From Octopus vulgaris (lineage: Eukaryota): DNA of 64,000 nt. The stretch covers positions 51,212,001 through 51,276,000 of the forward strand of contig OX597823.1 in the NCBI GenBank assembly GCA_951406725.2. Reading direction: 5' to 3'. The notes below the pieces were generated by a model. The model searched no databases, had not been told where the DNA came from, and saw only the letters and a program-made list of their open reading frames with translations. The position numbers were made by a program, and so were the translations under genes. Shown here one piece after another: positions 1 through 12,285 of the stretch. Position 1 is the stretch's first letter. Every line of letters starts with the position of its first letter.

Positions 1-924
1 TATATTTTGTTTTGAGCGGGGAAGAAACGTGAACATGAAATCAAGTAACTACGAGATAAATCATGTTGGTCATAATATTTCACTTAAGATTAATCGAAAA
101 TATTAATTGCGAGGAAAATATTAAAATCTAATTTCCTGCAGAGAGTTCTCTACAATTCAATGTTCAAATTCGAAGCCAATTCATTTCAATTGATCCTTGT
201 TATTTGAGAAAAATAAAATATACAAATATCGACAATCCTGAATTTACTTTGTTGGAAATGTATCACTTTATGCCTAAGAAAGTAATCAAATTTTGGCGGG
301 GCTTAATGGAATTTAAATAATATCCATCTTTATTAATTTACTTCTGACTGTGTCGTATAATTATGAAAGACTGTTAAATATTTTAGAGAACATTGTGATA
401 AATAATTTCTTGTAAAGACATTCTAAATAAGTCTATTTTTGTAGAAAATCACACTGGTCGTACCTAAAACAATATAAATTAACTGATAAGATTTTAATGT
501 AAATGTATCCGAGAGCGAATTAAGAAAAGAAAAGAGCAGCAAACCACTTAATTTTATTGAAACATTGAACCGGAGCTGGACATATCACTATGTTGAAAAT
601 TAGTAAAACTACCTGCTAGCGCAGAGTCCTGAATTAATTTGTAGAGGTAAAAAAAGAGTGCAGTAGTAATTTCCAATAGTTGCCTGAATAGAATTTTACT
701 CCGCCACTTGCAAATCTTCAAAATATATGATAGCTGAGTCCATCTTGTCAGTGTCGGAGTCCTTGAAAATGGCATGGTTGCCGTCTCTTCATCCAGAATT
801 ATCCAATAAATGTTCGAACCTTTCACTTTTCAAATGTTAATTACTAATTTTCATTTTAATGTAACAAATATCGTATGCAATTTCGTTCACTGTCTGTTTC
901 AGTTGTGAATGTATTTCTTTCTGG

Positions 925-1060
925 CTTTACACTGAGTTCAAATACCACTATGGTCGTCTTTACATTTCATCCTGTCGGAGTCGATAAAAAAGTACCACTT
1001 GAACACAGGGGTTGATATGATCGATTAGTATCGTCTCCCAAAATCTGAGGCTTTATACCT
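925..1060 (+). mobile_element. SINE family B, partial degenerate copy
   Basis: CTGAGTTCAAAT (B-box-like) then CTTTACATTTCATCCTGTCGGAGTCGATAAAAAAGTACCA...GGGGTTGATATGATCGATT, matching the full family B copies in this window. Confidence 0.7.
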
Positions 1061-1116
1061 ATAGTAGAAACGGAACCGGAAAACAGATTCGCAATCTACG
1101 TATAGTCATACATATA

Positions 1117-1321
1117 TGCATGCATGAATACAAGCATGCATGCATGCATGTATGTATGTATGTATGTATGTATGTATGTATGTATGTATGTATGTATGTA
1201 TGTATGTATGTATGTATGTATGTATGTATGTATGCATGCATGCATGCATGCATGTATGTATGTATGTATGTATGTATGTATGTATGTATGTATGTATGCA
1301 TGCATGCATGTATGTATGTAT
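1117..1321. repeat. (TATG)n microsatellite with (TGCA)n interruptions
   Basis: Read directly; source of the spurious MYVC/HTYI ORFs. Confidence 0.95.
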
Positions 1322-1381
1322 ACTATTGAGTGATAGTTAGTGATGGTAGATTGCGCGCATATTCAGGGTTGACGGTCAGTA

Positions 1382-1766
1382 TCTCTCTCTATATAAACGG
1401 CAGTTTGTCTGTGCGTGTTTCTGTGTGTCTGTTTGCTTGTACCCTCACCCTGACCACGGCTTTCAACCGATTCTGATGAAACTTGACACACACATAGCCC
1501 AATGTAATAATTCAAAACTAACGCAGCGAAAATTTTGAAAAGTTCCCCCAGTTCTGGAAAATATCAATAAATTCGACATGGGGTCGAGAATCAGAAATAC
1601 GAACCACAAACTGTCTAGGGGACGCAACTCCACCTTTTTTAAATCTCAAAAAAAAATTTACCATCATTTTTTTCCATTTTTTTTCTATTTTTTGGCTATA
1701 ACTCTCTAAAAATGCTTTATAGTTATTTCCCTTACAAACCTGAGCAACGCCGGGCGATACTGCTAG
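1382..1766 (+). mobile_element. Non-autonomous Helitron
   Basis: Starts A|TC (TCTCTCTCTATATAAACGGCAG), ends with a GC-rich imperfect hairpin CCTGAGCAACGCCGGG (1739-1754) then CTAG|T (1763-1767); no TSD. Confidence 0.85.
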
Positions 1767-2669
1767 TCATATATATATGTGTGTGTAGGTAGATAGTTAT
1801 GTACACTGGAACATTTGTTGAATTTTCCAGGTAATAGGACGGAGCTGGAGGTGACGCGATTTCAGAGCGAATTCTCAAACACACATTTATAATTGCACCG
1901 TCCATTCTGTTTATTTTGAAATATATATCAAATATTGCTGCAACTTTATTGGCAAGGAATATAAATTGTAAAACACTACTGAAATAAAATGCATTAATTT
2001 GAAATGAGCTGTATGCCCGACTGTAATGATTAATGTTTGTGTATTTGTGTGTATGTATGTGAATTTCACCGATACACATACAAATAAGACATATATTAAT
2101 AAGGATTCGTTTACAAATGTATTGTTTCATATTCAGATATCAGTCACGGCAACAATGAGTAAATAGGTTTGAATACTGAGATCAGTTTCCGATATTATTA
2201 TTTGCTTTTTTTTCTCACTATTTAAGTTATCTTGATCATTGCCATTCCCTCTACTCTACTGGGCTAGCTTCTGCTACGGTATAAGCATATATTATGATTG
2301 CTTAAATGACACTCGTATGGTTTGTGTCCAATCTGTCATTTATTGTAAGTGTTTGCTTTCGCGAGGAGTTAGATTGTGTACAATGGGTGAATTTACAAAT
2401 ATGTTCACATAGTGACTTGAATATTCTCGAAAATTCGACGAACATCAGAAAATCTATAAGTACTTCTGATTGTCTTCTAATATTTCTATATAAATACAAT
2501 ACATTTTCTTGTAATTTATTGGGGTTAGGAAACACATATTTGCAAGATCTTTCATATTATGATGTTCTTTTAATTTGTTAGTTTATTTACAATAATATTT
2601 CGTTATTAGTATTTGGATTGTGTTCGATATCAAATTATATGAATGTAGATATATTTATATGTTTATAAC

Positions 2670-2759
<90 letters not shown>

Positions 2760-2805
2760 GTCAAGCTGTCTATGTGTGTGTGTGTGTATGTGTGTGTGTG
2801 TGTGT
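2670..2805. repeat. (TATC)n and (TG)n microsatellites
   Basis: Read directly. Confidence 0.95.
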
Positions 2806-2819
2806 TTGTCTTTGCGTTT

Positions 2820-3010
2820 GTCCCGTTTGTTCCCACCACCACTTGATAATAAATTTTGGTTTGTTTACGTCATCATGACCTATCGGTTTGGAAAGAGGCA
2901 CCAAGTGATTTACTTACTAGATGTTCAAAATTTGTACTGGGGTCCATATGTATGACTAAACCCTTCCAGGTGGTGTTCCAGCATAGCCAATGTTCAATGA
3001 CTCAAACAAT
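2820..3010 (+). mobile_element. SINE family A, degenerate 3' half
   Basis: Ends GGTGGTGTTCCAGCATAGCCAATGTTCAATGACTCAAACAA, a decayed family A tail. Confidence 0.7.
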
Positions 3011-3088
3011 TTATAAATATTTATAAATATATATATATATAGTGAATTGAAGAAATGGAGTTGAACGAAGATTGAACAGAAATCGTTT

Positions 3089-3181
3089 TATTTCATTCTA
3101 CACGTGTTTCGAAAGGCACAATTTACCAAATTCCGATTGAATAATGAGACCATATTGTGTCTTTCTCTTCAGGAAGAAATA
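3089..3181 (-). ncRNA. Type I hammerhead ribozyme motif (left arm)
   Basis: Reverse complement of the 3515-3607 motif; core intact. Confidence 0.85.
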
Positions 3182-3514
3182 GGAAATCCGTTGGAAAAAA
3201 CAAAAACAGAACAGAGGCGGAGCAAAACAAATCGAACAAGGCTCCTAAGAGCCCATGGCCAAACTGTTTATCAGTGTATGTTGAGAACGGATGGTGAGTG
3301 CGTTGAAGATTTTAACGGGTCAGGCAGCGGTCATTCCTGTGGGTGCCCTCACCCACAGGAATGACCGCTGCCTGACCCGTTAAAATCTTCAACGCACCTA
3401 CCACCCGTTCTCAACATACACTGATAAACAGTTTGGCCATGGGCTCTTAGGAGCCTAGTTCGATTTGTTTTGCTCCGCCTCTGTTCTTGTTTTTGTTTTT
3501 TCCAACGGATTTCC

Positions 3515-3607
3515 TATTTCTTCCTGAAGAGAAAGACACAATATGGTCTCATTATTCAATCGGAATTTGGTAAATTGTGCCTTTCGAAACACGTGTAGAA
3601 TGAAATA
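3515..3607 (+). ncRNA. Type I minimal hammerhead ribozyme motif (right arm)
   Basis: Stem I TATTTC-TTC / GAA-T-GAAATA; core CTGAAGA (3524-3530); stem II GAAAGACACAAT / ATTGTGCCTTTC; GAAAC-ACGT-GTA with palindromic stem III and predicted cleavage after GUA at 3597. Confidence 0.85.
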
Positions 3608-3812
3608 AAACGATTTCTGTTCAATCTTCGTTCAACTCCATTTCTTCAATTCACTAATAATATTAAAATTCAATTATCCGCACCAACGCACGGTTGCAAC
3701 ACCATATGGTTGTACCTCCAACCGTGCTGTCTTCTGCTGTGATTTTTGCTACCAAGGTATCGGTTAAACTTTTGATTAATCTGCTACAAGATTATTCATC
3801 TTTCTATTTCAC

Positions 3813-3864
<52 letters not shown>

Positions 3865-3867
3865 AAG

Positions 3868-3920
<53 letters not shown>

Positions 3921-3925
3921 TAGAT

Positions 3926-4135
3926 CTTTTTACTCTTTTTACTTGTTTCAGTCAATTGACTGTGGCCATGCTGAAGCACCACCTTTGGTCGAGCAAATCG
4001 ACCCCAGGACTTATTCTTTGTAAGCCTAGTACTTATCGGTCTTTTTTGCGGAACCGCTTAGTTACGGGGACGTAAACACACCACCATCGGTTGTTAGGTG
4101 ATGTGTTGGGGGGACAAACTCAGACACACAAGCAT

Positions 4136-4150
<15 letters not shown>
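3926..4150 (-). mobile_element. SINE family A, 3' half
   Basis: TTTTACTTGTTTCAGTCAATTGACTGTGGCCATGCTGAAGCACC is the reverse complement of the family A tail. Confidence 0.9.
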
Positions 4151-4173
<23 letters not shown>

Positions 4174-4259
4174 TATACAGGCAATAGTTTAGCAGAAACA
4201 TTAGTACGTCGTAACTATTATCTACTGCGATTGATTCTTCTCGATCTAGTTTTTAGTTT

Positions 4260-4490
4260 ATCTTTGTCTCTACATTTACACCTCCCACACTGCTCCACAA
4301 ACGGTGTTGGTTTGTTTACACCCCCTAAAGATCAGTCAATTTATTCGGTGAAAGAGAGCAGTAGACTAAGTATCAGATTTAAAAGTAATTTGTGGAGAGG
4401 ATTTTTTTTTTTATTAAAGCTTTGAAGATATTGTTCTGTCATTGCCACACTCCAATGCTATGTTTGAAACGTAAAACAATAAAAGAATAA
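4260..4490 (+). mobile_element. SINE family A, degenerate 3' half
   Basis: GGTGTTGGTTTGTTTACACCCCC...TTCGGTGAAAGAGAGCAGTAGACTAAGTATCAG. Confidence 0.55.
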
Positions 4491-4608
4491 AATAATACAC
4501 TCGTATTCGTGAGACTACGAAAGAAGAGCAAGAGACCTTGTTTTTTTCTGATATATCTATTTTCTGTGATTTATCTGTATTTATAGCTATGAAATAATAT
4601 AATTACTA

Positions 4609-4724
4609 GGCGTAGCTATGCAATAAGAAGTTTGTTTCCTAATCACATGGTTCTGGGTTCAATATTCTGATCGACCAACACTTTGTGAGTTTACATGATA
4701 GACAGAAACTGAATGAAGCCTATC

Positions 4725-4765
<41 letters not shown>

Positions 4766-5008
4766 TATATATATGCATATATATATATGTATATATATAT
4801 GTATATATATATGTGCATATATATATATATATTCTTTAATGAGATAAAAAAAATTTATATACGCACGCTTATATATGACCTACGTTGGACCCCTTATTCG
4901 CATAATCACCGAACCTGAAACTCAACTATGTTCTATCCATAACACTTATTCTACATTACCTGACACTATTGGGTCTCACTGATACCATAACCTCTTATAA
5001 TCTATCTA

Positions 5009-5104
<96 letters not shown>

Positions 5105-5544
5105 ATTATAAATAATATTTTATGTGGTTAGACGATTTAGAGTCTGTTTTTCAGCATATTGGCAAATAATTTTATTTTCTTTTTGACCTCATTTATAATT
5201 GTATTTATAATTATCACCTTAAACGGTATTTTTCATATGCAGATAATGGATATAATTTTTTTAATAAAATTTTATCGCCATACATATATATATGTGTGTG
5301 TGTGTGTGTGTGAGTGAGTGTGTGTGTGTGTTTCTTTGTGTTTATATTTGTTCCCTACAACCGCTTGACAACTGGTGTTGGAGGTTTCACCTCCCCGTCA
5401 TCTAGCGGTTCAGCAAAAGAGACAGATAGAATAAGTGCCAGGCGTAAAAAATAATGATCACTAAGTTTGCCTCGTTCGACTAAAATTTCTTGAAGGAGCT
5501 GCTCCAATCTGGCTGCAGTTAAGTGAGTGAAACAAGCAAAAGAC
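4609..5544 (+). mobile_element. SINE family A copy split by insertions into its internal microsatellite
   Basis: 5' half at 4609-4730 and 3' half at 5340-5544, separated by TA/TC repeats and two unique inserts. Confidence 0.7.
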
Positions 5545-5780
5545 AAACGGTTGATGCAAAACATTATCTGACAACAATAGCAACGAAGCTAATACTATAA
5601 TAAACCAATATAAAATATGATAATTAAGGGAAAATTATTAATAAAATACAGCAAAATGAGCTGAAGAAAACCCGTGTATATAGTTGATTGCAAACTGTGT
5701 GCTAGCGGGCAATATGCTGAAGGCATGGTTCTAACTATTTCTCCAGACTTAAAATAAAACCAATATATAAATATATAAAT

Positions 5781-6369
5781 ATTCTGTTGTGTTTGAGGAG
5801 AGTCATTTTCTTTTTGTGCCTTACAATTTAACACACTCACCGGTAAACTAACTGCATCAAATATAATTTAATGATGTTATAATCATATTTATCTGGGTTT
5901 TTATTTATATATTTCATTTTTGGATTTGGTTTGCAAGATTCTTTCTATGAGTTCGTGTGTTGAAGCATCTTCTGTTGTGTCTAGGGAGAGTCATTTTTTT
6001 TTTTGCGCCTTATAATTTAACACATCCACCGGTAAAATTTCCAATTATTTCTTATTTTTATTTTACTAAAATTTCCGTTGCGTCTTGCAACCTTTTCAGT
6101 AGTCTTGATTCTTGAAAGTTGCAAGACGCACCGAAATTTTAGGAAAATAAAAATAAGAAATAAGTGGAAATTTTACCGGTGAATGTGTTAAATTATAAGG
6201 CGCAAAAAAAAAAAAAAATTACTCTCCCTAGACACAACAGAAGATGCTTCAACACACGAACTCATAGAAAGAATCTTGCAAACCAAATCCAAAAATGAAA
6301 TATATAAATAAAAAACCCAGATAAATATGATTATAACATCATTAAATTATATTTGATGCAGTTAGTTTA
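5781..6369. mobile_element. Fold-back element: palindrome 5844-6369 with degenerate hammerhead motifs at its centre, preceded by a partial direct copy at 5781-5847
   Basis: Arms of about 255 bp are reverse complements around a spacer at about 6099-6112; minus strand 6102-6066 reads CTA-CTGAAAA-G-GTTGC AAGAC GCAAC-G-GAAA TTT-TAG. Confidence 0.75.
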
Positions 6370-7522
6370 TCTGCTATAATCAGACAATTTTGACCCCGGT
6401 CGTCAAAAGGTTTTGAACCTCTACACAATATAATATCGCAACAAAAACAAAAACAAAAAACAAAGGAAATAAGTAAATAAATAAGTAAATGAATAAATGA
6501 ATAAATAAATAAAAGCTAGCGGTGGTGTTTTAACATTATATTTATTGTTTGGCTTTCTAAACTGACATTGTTGAAACAGTGTAATCATCGCTAAACGAGT
6601 TCTCACAAAACTTTCTTTTAAAAGCAACTTCGTATGAACTAGTTATTTAATTAGTTGGTCTGTTATTGTTTTAGATGGAAAGAGATTTATTTCTCTGTGT
6701 AGTAGCTTCCCCATAGTGAGACATCACTCACATTTTTGTACGCTTTTTAGTTTGCTTTTATTTTTCCATACCAAAGAGTTGTTAGAAAAATATAGTAATC
6801 AACTTGATTACTTTATCCGTGAGTTATGAGTTCCCTTCGATTGAAGTTAACTTTTTCTGATGTAATTTGCGCGATACGTTTCGAAGCTGTATCATATATC
6901 ATGGTTCTTCATTAATCTTCCTAAATACAATTACAAAGTCTTTTTTCTGAGAGCCTATAAAATATAGTCTCATGTTCAATATAATATCTCTTTGTGAACT
7001 TGACATACGAGTCAGACAAGTGGCAGCATTTTTTACACACGATTTGCTAGCCTGGTCAAGCGCCAGTAATATGAAAATAAAAAGACCGCTGGGAATTCTA
7101 GTGTTGGTCATGTCTGATCGAAAGCATAATTATCAGTGGACACTTCAGAACAATTTCAGTGATGAAGGGCGCATTATATCAGCTCCCATGCTCACAAAGG
7201 CATGCACACATATTTGCAGAGGACACATGTGTAGAATAGAGGTTTTAAATGGGCTTTTCCGAAATGTACTGAAGGAATGTTACGATTGGAATCAAACGAT
7301 ACGTTTTTGTTTAGCAATAGATATATTAGCACAACACACATAGATACGCAAACGATCATGCTTTGTTTCTATGTCTATTTTCAATCCTCTCTCTCTGTCT
7401 CTAACTCTCTGTTTGTCTCTCTCTCTGTCTCTCCCTCTCCCTCTCTGTATGGTCTTTCTGTCTCTCACTTTCTCGTTGGCTTTCTAGCGTTGTCGCTGCC
7501 TGTCAATCCATCTATCTATTAT

Positions 7523-7587
<65 letters not shown>

Positions 7588-7674
7588 TTTTCTCTCACTA
7601 AATATATCTAAGTATGTGTGTATGTATATATATATATGTGCACACACACTCGACGGTGGATATGACACCATATG

Positions 7675-7707
<33 letters not shown>

Positions 7708-7751
7708 ATTATATATGAGTGTGTATACATATTTTTATATATATATGTGTG

Positions 7752-7791
<40 letters not shown>

Positions 7792-8035
7792 GATGTAGGT
7801 ATGTACATATATGTATGTATATATGCATATATTCATAAATTATTTTATTATTATTATATATATATATATATATATATATACATACACATATTCATTGCCG
7901 AACACATAAACGCACGCGCGCACACACACTCACACACGCACTTAATATTTTCGTATCTGTGAATATAAAGTGTATGTGTGTGATCATGTGTTCAAGTGTG
8001 AGTGTTTGTGCGTGTGCGTGTGGATATGAGCGTGT

Positions 8036-8207
8036 TTACAGTTCTATATTTAAGAGATGAGGAATTATGTACGTTATTTACATTATTTATATTTGACGGA
8101 TATTTGTCCTCATCTTGTTTACGTTTCGGCTGATATACCCTCCAGCCTTCATTAGTGGTCTTGGAGAAATTTCGAACCTGGGTTCTCATTCCTAAGGTAT
8201 TTTTTGC

Positions 8208-8208
<1 letters not shown>
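8036..8208 (-). mobile_element. PLE pLTR-like fragment with degenerate hammerhead, abutting (ATT)n
   Basis: Minus strand CTAATGA-A-GGCTG GAGGGTATAT CAGCC-GAAACGTA (8158-8120); core has A in place of G5. Confidence 0.65.

Positions 8209-8264
<56 letters not shown>
8209..8264. repeat. (ATT)n microsatellite
   Basis: Read directly. Confidence 0.95.
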
Positions 8265-8269
<5 letters not shown>

Positions 8270-8273
8270 ACAT

Positions 8274-8589
8274 CGTGTGGCTTAGTGGTTAGGGCATTCG
8301 GCTCACGATCGCAAAGTCGTGAGTTTAGTTCCCGGCGGCACCTTGTGTCCTTGAGCAAGACACTATATTTCAAGTTGCTTCAGTCCACTCAGCTGGCAAA
8401 AATGAGTAGTATCTGTATTTCAAAGGGCCAGCCTTGTTACACTGTGTCACGCTGAATCTCCCTGAGAACTATGTTAAGGGTACATGTGTCTGTGAAATTC
8501 TCAGCCACTTGCATGTTAATTTCACTAGCAAGCTGTTCTGTTGATCGCATCAGCTGGGACCCTCGTTGTCGTAACCGACGGAGTGCTCC

Positions 8590-8590
<1 letters not shown>
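8274..8590 (+). mobile_element. tRNA-derived SINE family C, tail type 1
   Basis: A box TGGCTTAGTGG, B-box-like GTTTAGTTCC, central TTGTGTCCTTGAGCAAGACAC, tail ending GTAACCGACGGAGTGCTCC. Confidence 0.85.
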
Positions 8591-8634
<44 letters not shown>

Positions 8635-8639
8635 TGCAT

Positions 8640-9010
8640 ATATGGGTACAGGACGTCACCAACTATGTAAACAACATGAAATACGAAAACAAAACGTGTT
8701 ACATACGCAAACAACGAGAGAAAAAATGGAAAACAGGACAAATAAAAGACCCTTCATCAGTTGTCGGCTGTCTATCTACTCATCATTTCGAGCATTCACT
8801 ATACACTCACACACACCCATGCCCCCTTGCGCGCGCGCACATGCACGCACACGCAAGTACATTCCTTTTCCTTCTTTTCCTTCTTTTCCTAGCGTAGGCT
8901 AGGCTCGAAACATCGAAAGCCTCTTTCATATTTTTCCCCTTAACGTCACACTAATACACCGTACTTGCTCTTCCCGCATGTGCTACTATATATTGTTTCT
9001 ATATCATTTT
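8640..9010. mobile_element. Two divergent PLE pLTR-like fragments with hammerhead half-motifs
   Basis: Minus strand GCTCGAAAT...ACAACTGATGAAGGG (about 8795-8750); plus strand AGCGTAGGCTAGGCTCGAAACATCGAAAG (8891-8919), related to 11930-11966 and 12963-13001. Confidence 0.5.
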
Positions 9011-9211
9011 AAACCACACACATATATATATATGTATATATGTGTGTGCGTTTGTGTGTGTGTGTGTGTACAGGAATAGGTAGATAAATAGATAGATAGG
9101 TTTAGGTATATTAATGTATGTATATGCTTCTATGTATGTATATATATATATATATGTTTAGCCCCTTGTTGGTAGTAAAGAAATATATATATATATATGT
9201 ATATATATATA

Positions 9212-9596
9212 AGCGTAGGAATGGCTGTGTGGTAAGTAGCTTGTTTACCAACTACATGGTTCCGGATTCAGTCCCACTGCGTGGCACCTTGGGCAAGTGT
9301 CTTCTACTATAACCGCGGGCCGACCAAAGCCTTGTGAGTGAATTTGGTAGATGGAAACTGAAAGAATCCAGTCGTATATGTGTATATATGTGTGTGTGTG
9401 TGTGTGTGTTTGTTCCCCCAACATCGCTTGACAACAGATGCTGGTGTGTTTACTTCCCCGTAACTTGGCGGTTCGGCAAAAGAGACCGATAGAATAAGTA
9501 CTCGGTTAACAAAAAATAAGTCCTGGTGTCGATTTGCTCGACTAAAGGCGGTGCTCCAGAACGGCCACAGTCAAATGACTGGAACAAGTAAAAGAC
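9212..9596 (+). mobile_element. tRNA-derived SINE family A, full length
   Basis: Head TGGCTGTGTGGTAAG / GATTCAGTCCC, CORE-like GGCACCTTGGGCAAGTG, internal (TG)n, tail GGCGGTGCTCCAG...CAGTCAAATGACTG-AACAAGTAAAAGA. Confidence 0.9.
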
Positions 9597-10454
9597 TGAA
9601 AGATATATATATATATATATAATAACAGTTTGATTCACTTCCATATTAGAAACATTACTTTTGTGAATACTTAGTAAATAATATTTACATAGCTTACAGA
9701 CAGTTAGACCAGCATTGCTAAATTCAAGTTATCAGTTTGTTATTGCTATCGTAGTAACATCAATCCTTCCACAGTTAGATCCTGGTGGAAGGGCATACAG
9801 GATGCTAGACTCGGGATTCTAAAGGATGACATATTCCGCGATATCACTTATTTATATACGTAAGATTTGAATTTAAAAAGTGCTGATGTATATACATTAT
9901 GTTCACCTATTAATTAATACCTTCAAGGACACTGCCACTTAAATACATACATACATACACAAGCAAACACACACACATATATATATATACATACCTAATT
10001 ATTTATATACGCATAGCTATATGTATAATACATATGTATGTCTGTATATATAATGTGTGTGTGCCAAGGCATGAGTATATACATAAATATGTGTGTGAAT
10101 TTGTGTGTATAAGGATATATGAGGACAGAGGAGTGTGCATACAGATGTGTGGATGTGTGTATGAGTACGCGTATGGTTAAAAAGACACGTGACCTAACAA
10201 TGTGCATCATAATTCGTGTAACGGAGGTATTTATTTAATGAGAGAGTTCGGCAACTGATTAGAAGTTAGTTTGCGGGGTCTATAACGAAGCTCCGTATGA
10301 AATATATAAACGGAAAGAATGAATCTTGAATTTCCTGATATAAAGAATATATGCATACGTTATAGTCTTATCATATATAGATGCATATATTCATATACAC
10401 TCACTCAATTAGACACACATATATAATATTCTAACACCATACATTCACATATTT

Positions 10455-10610
10455 ATATCCATCTATGCATATATATTTGTATGTATGTGTGCGAGTATAT
10501 ATATATATTTATATATTCATGTATATGGATATATATACATATATATGCATGTATATGGATATATATATGTGTGTATGCATGTATATGAATATATATATAT
10601 ATGTGTATGC

Positions 10611-10654
<44 letters not shown>

Positions 10655-10740
10655 ATGTATATCCACTTACATGCATATATATATATATATGAATATATGC
10701 TTATATACACAGATGTGTATATACATACACATACATATGC
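10455..10740. repeat. Degenerate TA/TG low-complexity tract
   Basis: Read directly. Confidence 0.9.
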
Positions 10741-11796
10741 ACAGTGCATGGAGAAAACAAATGTGGAGTCGTAGAGTTATGGTGTTGGCTGCGAATGTCT
10801 TAGAACGGCGAAGAGTATAATAATTACATCCAATAGGCGTCCTCATCAAAAGAATCTAAAATAGTCACATTAAGCCAACAGCAGAAGGAGCTGTCGTGAC
10901 CTACCCAACATTATGTTAGACTTCATTAAAATGAATAAAGAGAATAAAGACGCTTTGTGTAACAGGAAAATGCATGTTCAATTTCAGAGGTTTACTGAAG
11001 TTGTATATCTTCCATTGATCTGTTCTTAATGATTGATAAATGCAAACTTTTAAAATAATTATTATTATTAAGTGACGAAGTTCACTTTCGGGAATGTTTG
11101 CAATATCTTAGAAGTTTGATTCATTAAAAGCAATATATTAAAATAAAATAAGGGGGATAATATAAAGCTATATTCTCTACTATCTTTCCTTCATTTTTCT
11201 TTGATCTCTAATAAAGCTGGAAACAACAAAACGGATATATTTTTTACACTCCATTCCAAGAATTTACTGAAATTTATTGCAATACTAAAATGTTTCAAAC
11301 AGAAAGCTCAATACGTAGTTGTAATGTGAAGCTCGAAACATTTAATAGTCGATTGATCTTAGTCTTGTATTTAATTTTTTTTTATATCGAACTTTTCAAC
11401 GATATCCTCATTGGTTCCAGATTTTCAACGGACCAATCACTGGTTCACTGCATTTCTGGTACGGTGTGTGGCAAAGGATCGTCACCGGTCGTTCTTTTTC
11501 ACATATGTGTGTGATCATGTGTATAAAAACATATGTCACCACCCTCCACACAGCACTTATATGTATATATATATATAAGACAATTACATTACATATGCTT
11601 TATTTTTTCATACACCTGCATATTTAAAATTTTTTTACAGTTAATTATATAGCACACGTGGTTTAAATATGACCGACACGTGTTTCCGGTGCATAAAAAA
11701 CTAGGAATTGTATTTGCTTCCAGTTATTTTCGAGCCTGAACCTGATTATAACTAAGTGCTGGTGCGGTAGCTCCTTGGATAATTTATCCTTATATA

Positions 11797-11870
<74 letters not shown>

Positions 11871-11879
11871 CTTAAATTT

Positions 11880-12050
11880 ATAGAAAACAAAAGACGAACA
11901 CGGGGTGGGGGACAAGCAGAAATATTAGTCCTTGAGGTTTCGAGCCTACGCTCTTTTACAGGAAGGGTTGAAAGGAATAAAATGGAGACAGAACGGAACG
12001 AACACAGGGAGAGTAAACAATGTGTAGGATTTAACGGTTCAAACATGATG
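11880..12050 (-). mobile_element. PLE pLTR-like fragment with degenerate hammerhead (11930-11966)
   Basis: Minus strand CCTTC-CTGTAAAA-GAGC GTAG GCTC-GAAACCTC-AAGG; lies between (TA)n runs. Confidence 0.6.
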
Positions 12051-12285
12051 AAACATATATATATATATATATATATCAGCATAAAGAATTATGAATAAGA
12101 GATTTTCAGTCTGAAGAAAATACTCTTCAGTGTCTCTGTTGATGCAAATCCACAAGGCTAACAGCGAGATCCAACTTTGTAAATGCATTATTGCATTTCC
12201 CGGATAATATTGTATTTTTCTGAGAGTGATATCCAAGAAAAGGTAGAAATAATGGCTTTACACGTTTCTTTAATTAGGCATCTTT

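Larger units (their letters stand above)
3040..3815. mobile_element. Hammerhead-bearing fold-back element (Penelope-like pLTR or retrozyme type): palindrome 3040-3656 plus unique right extension
   Basis: Arms 3040-3345 and 3350-3656 are reverse complements with about 5 differences around a 4-nt loop (CCCT); flanked by (TA)n on both sides. Confidence 0.8.

Noticed and set aside
554-826. 90-aa minus-strand ORF
   Set aside because: GTG start, no recognisable motif or clear splice context; within chance expectation
1059-1340. Stacks of overlapping ORFs (MYVC, HTYI, IYIY, LSIY, poly-Y/I/N) here and throughout the window
   Set aside because: Translations of microsatellites that lack stop codons
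3104-3364. 86-aa ORF in the palindrome arm
   Set aside because: Antisense to the hammerhead arm, no domain similarity; incidental
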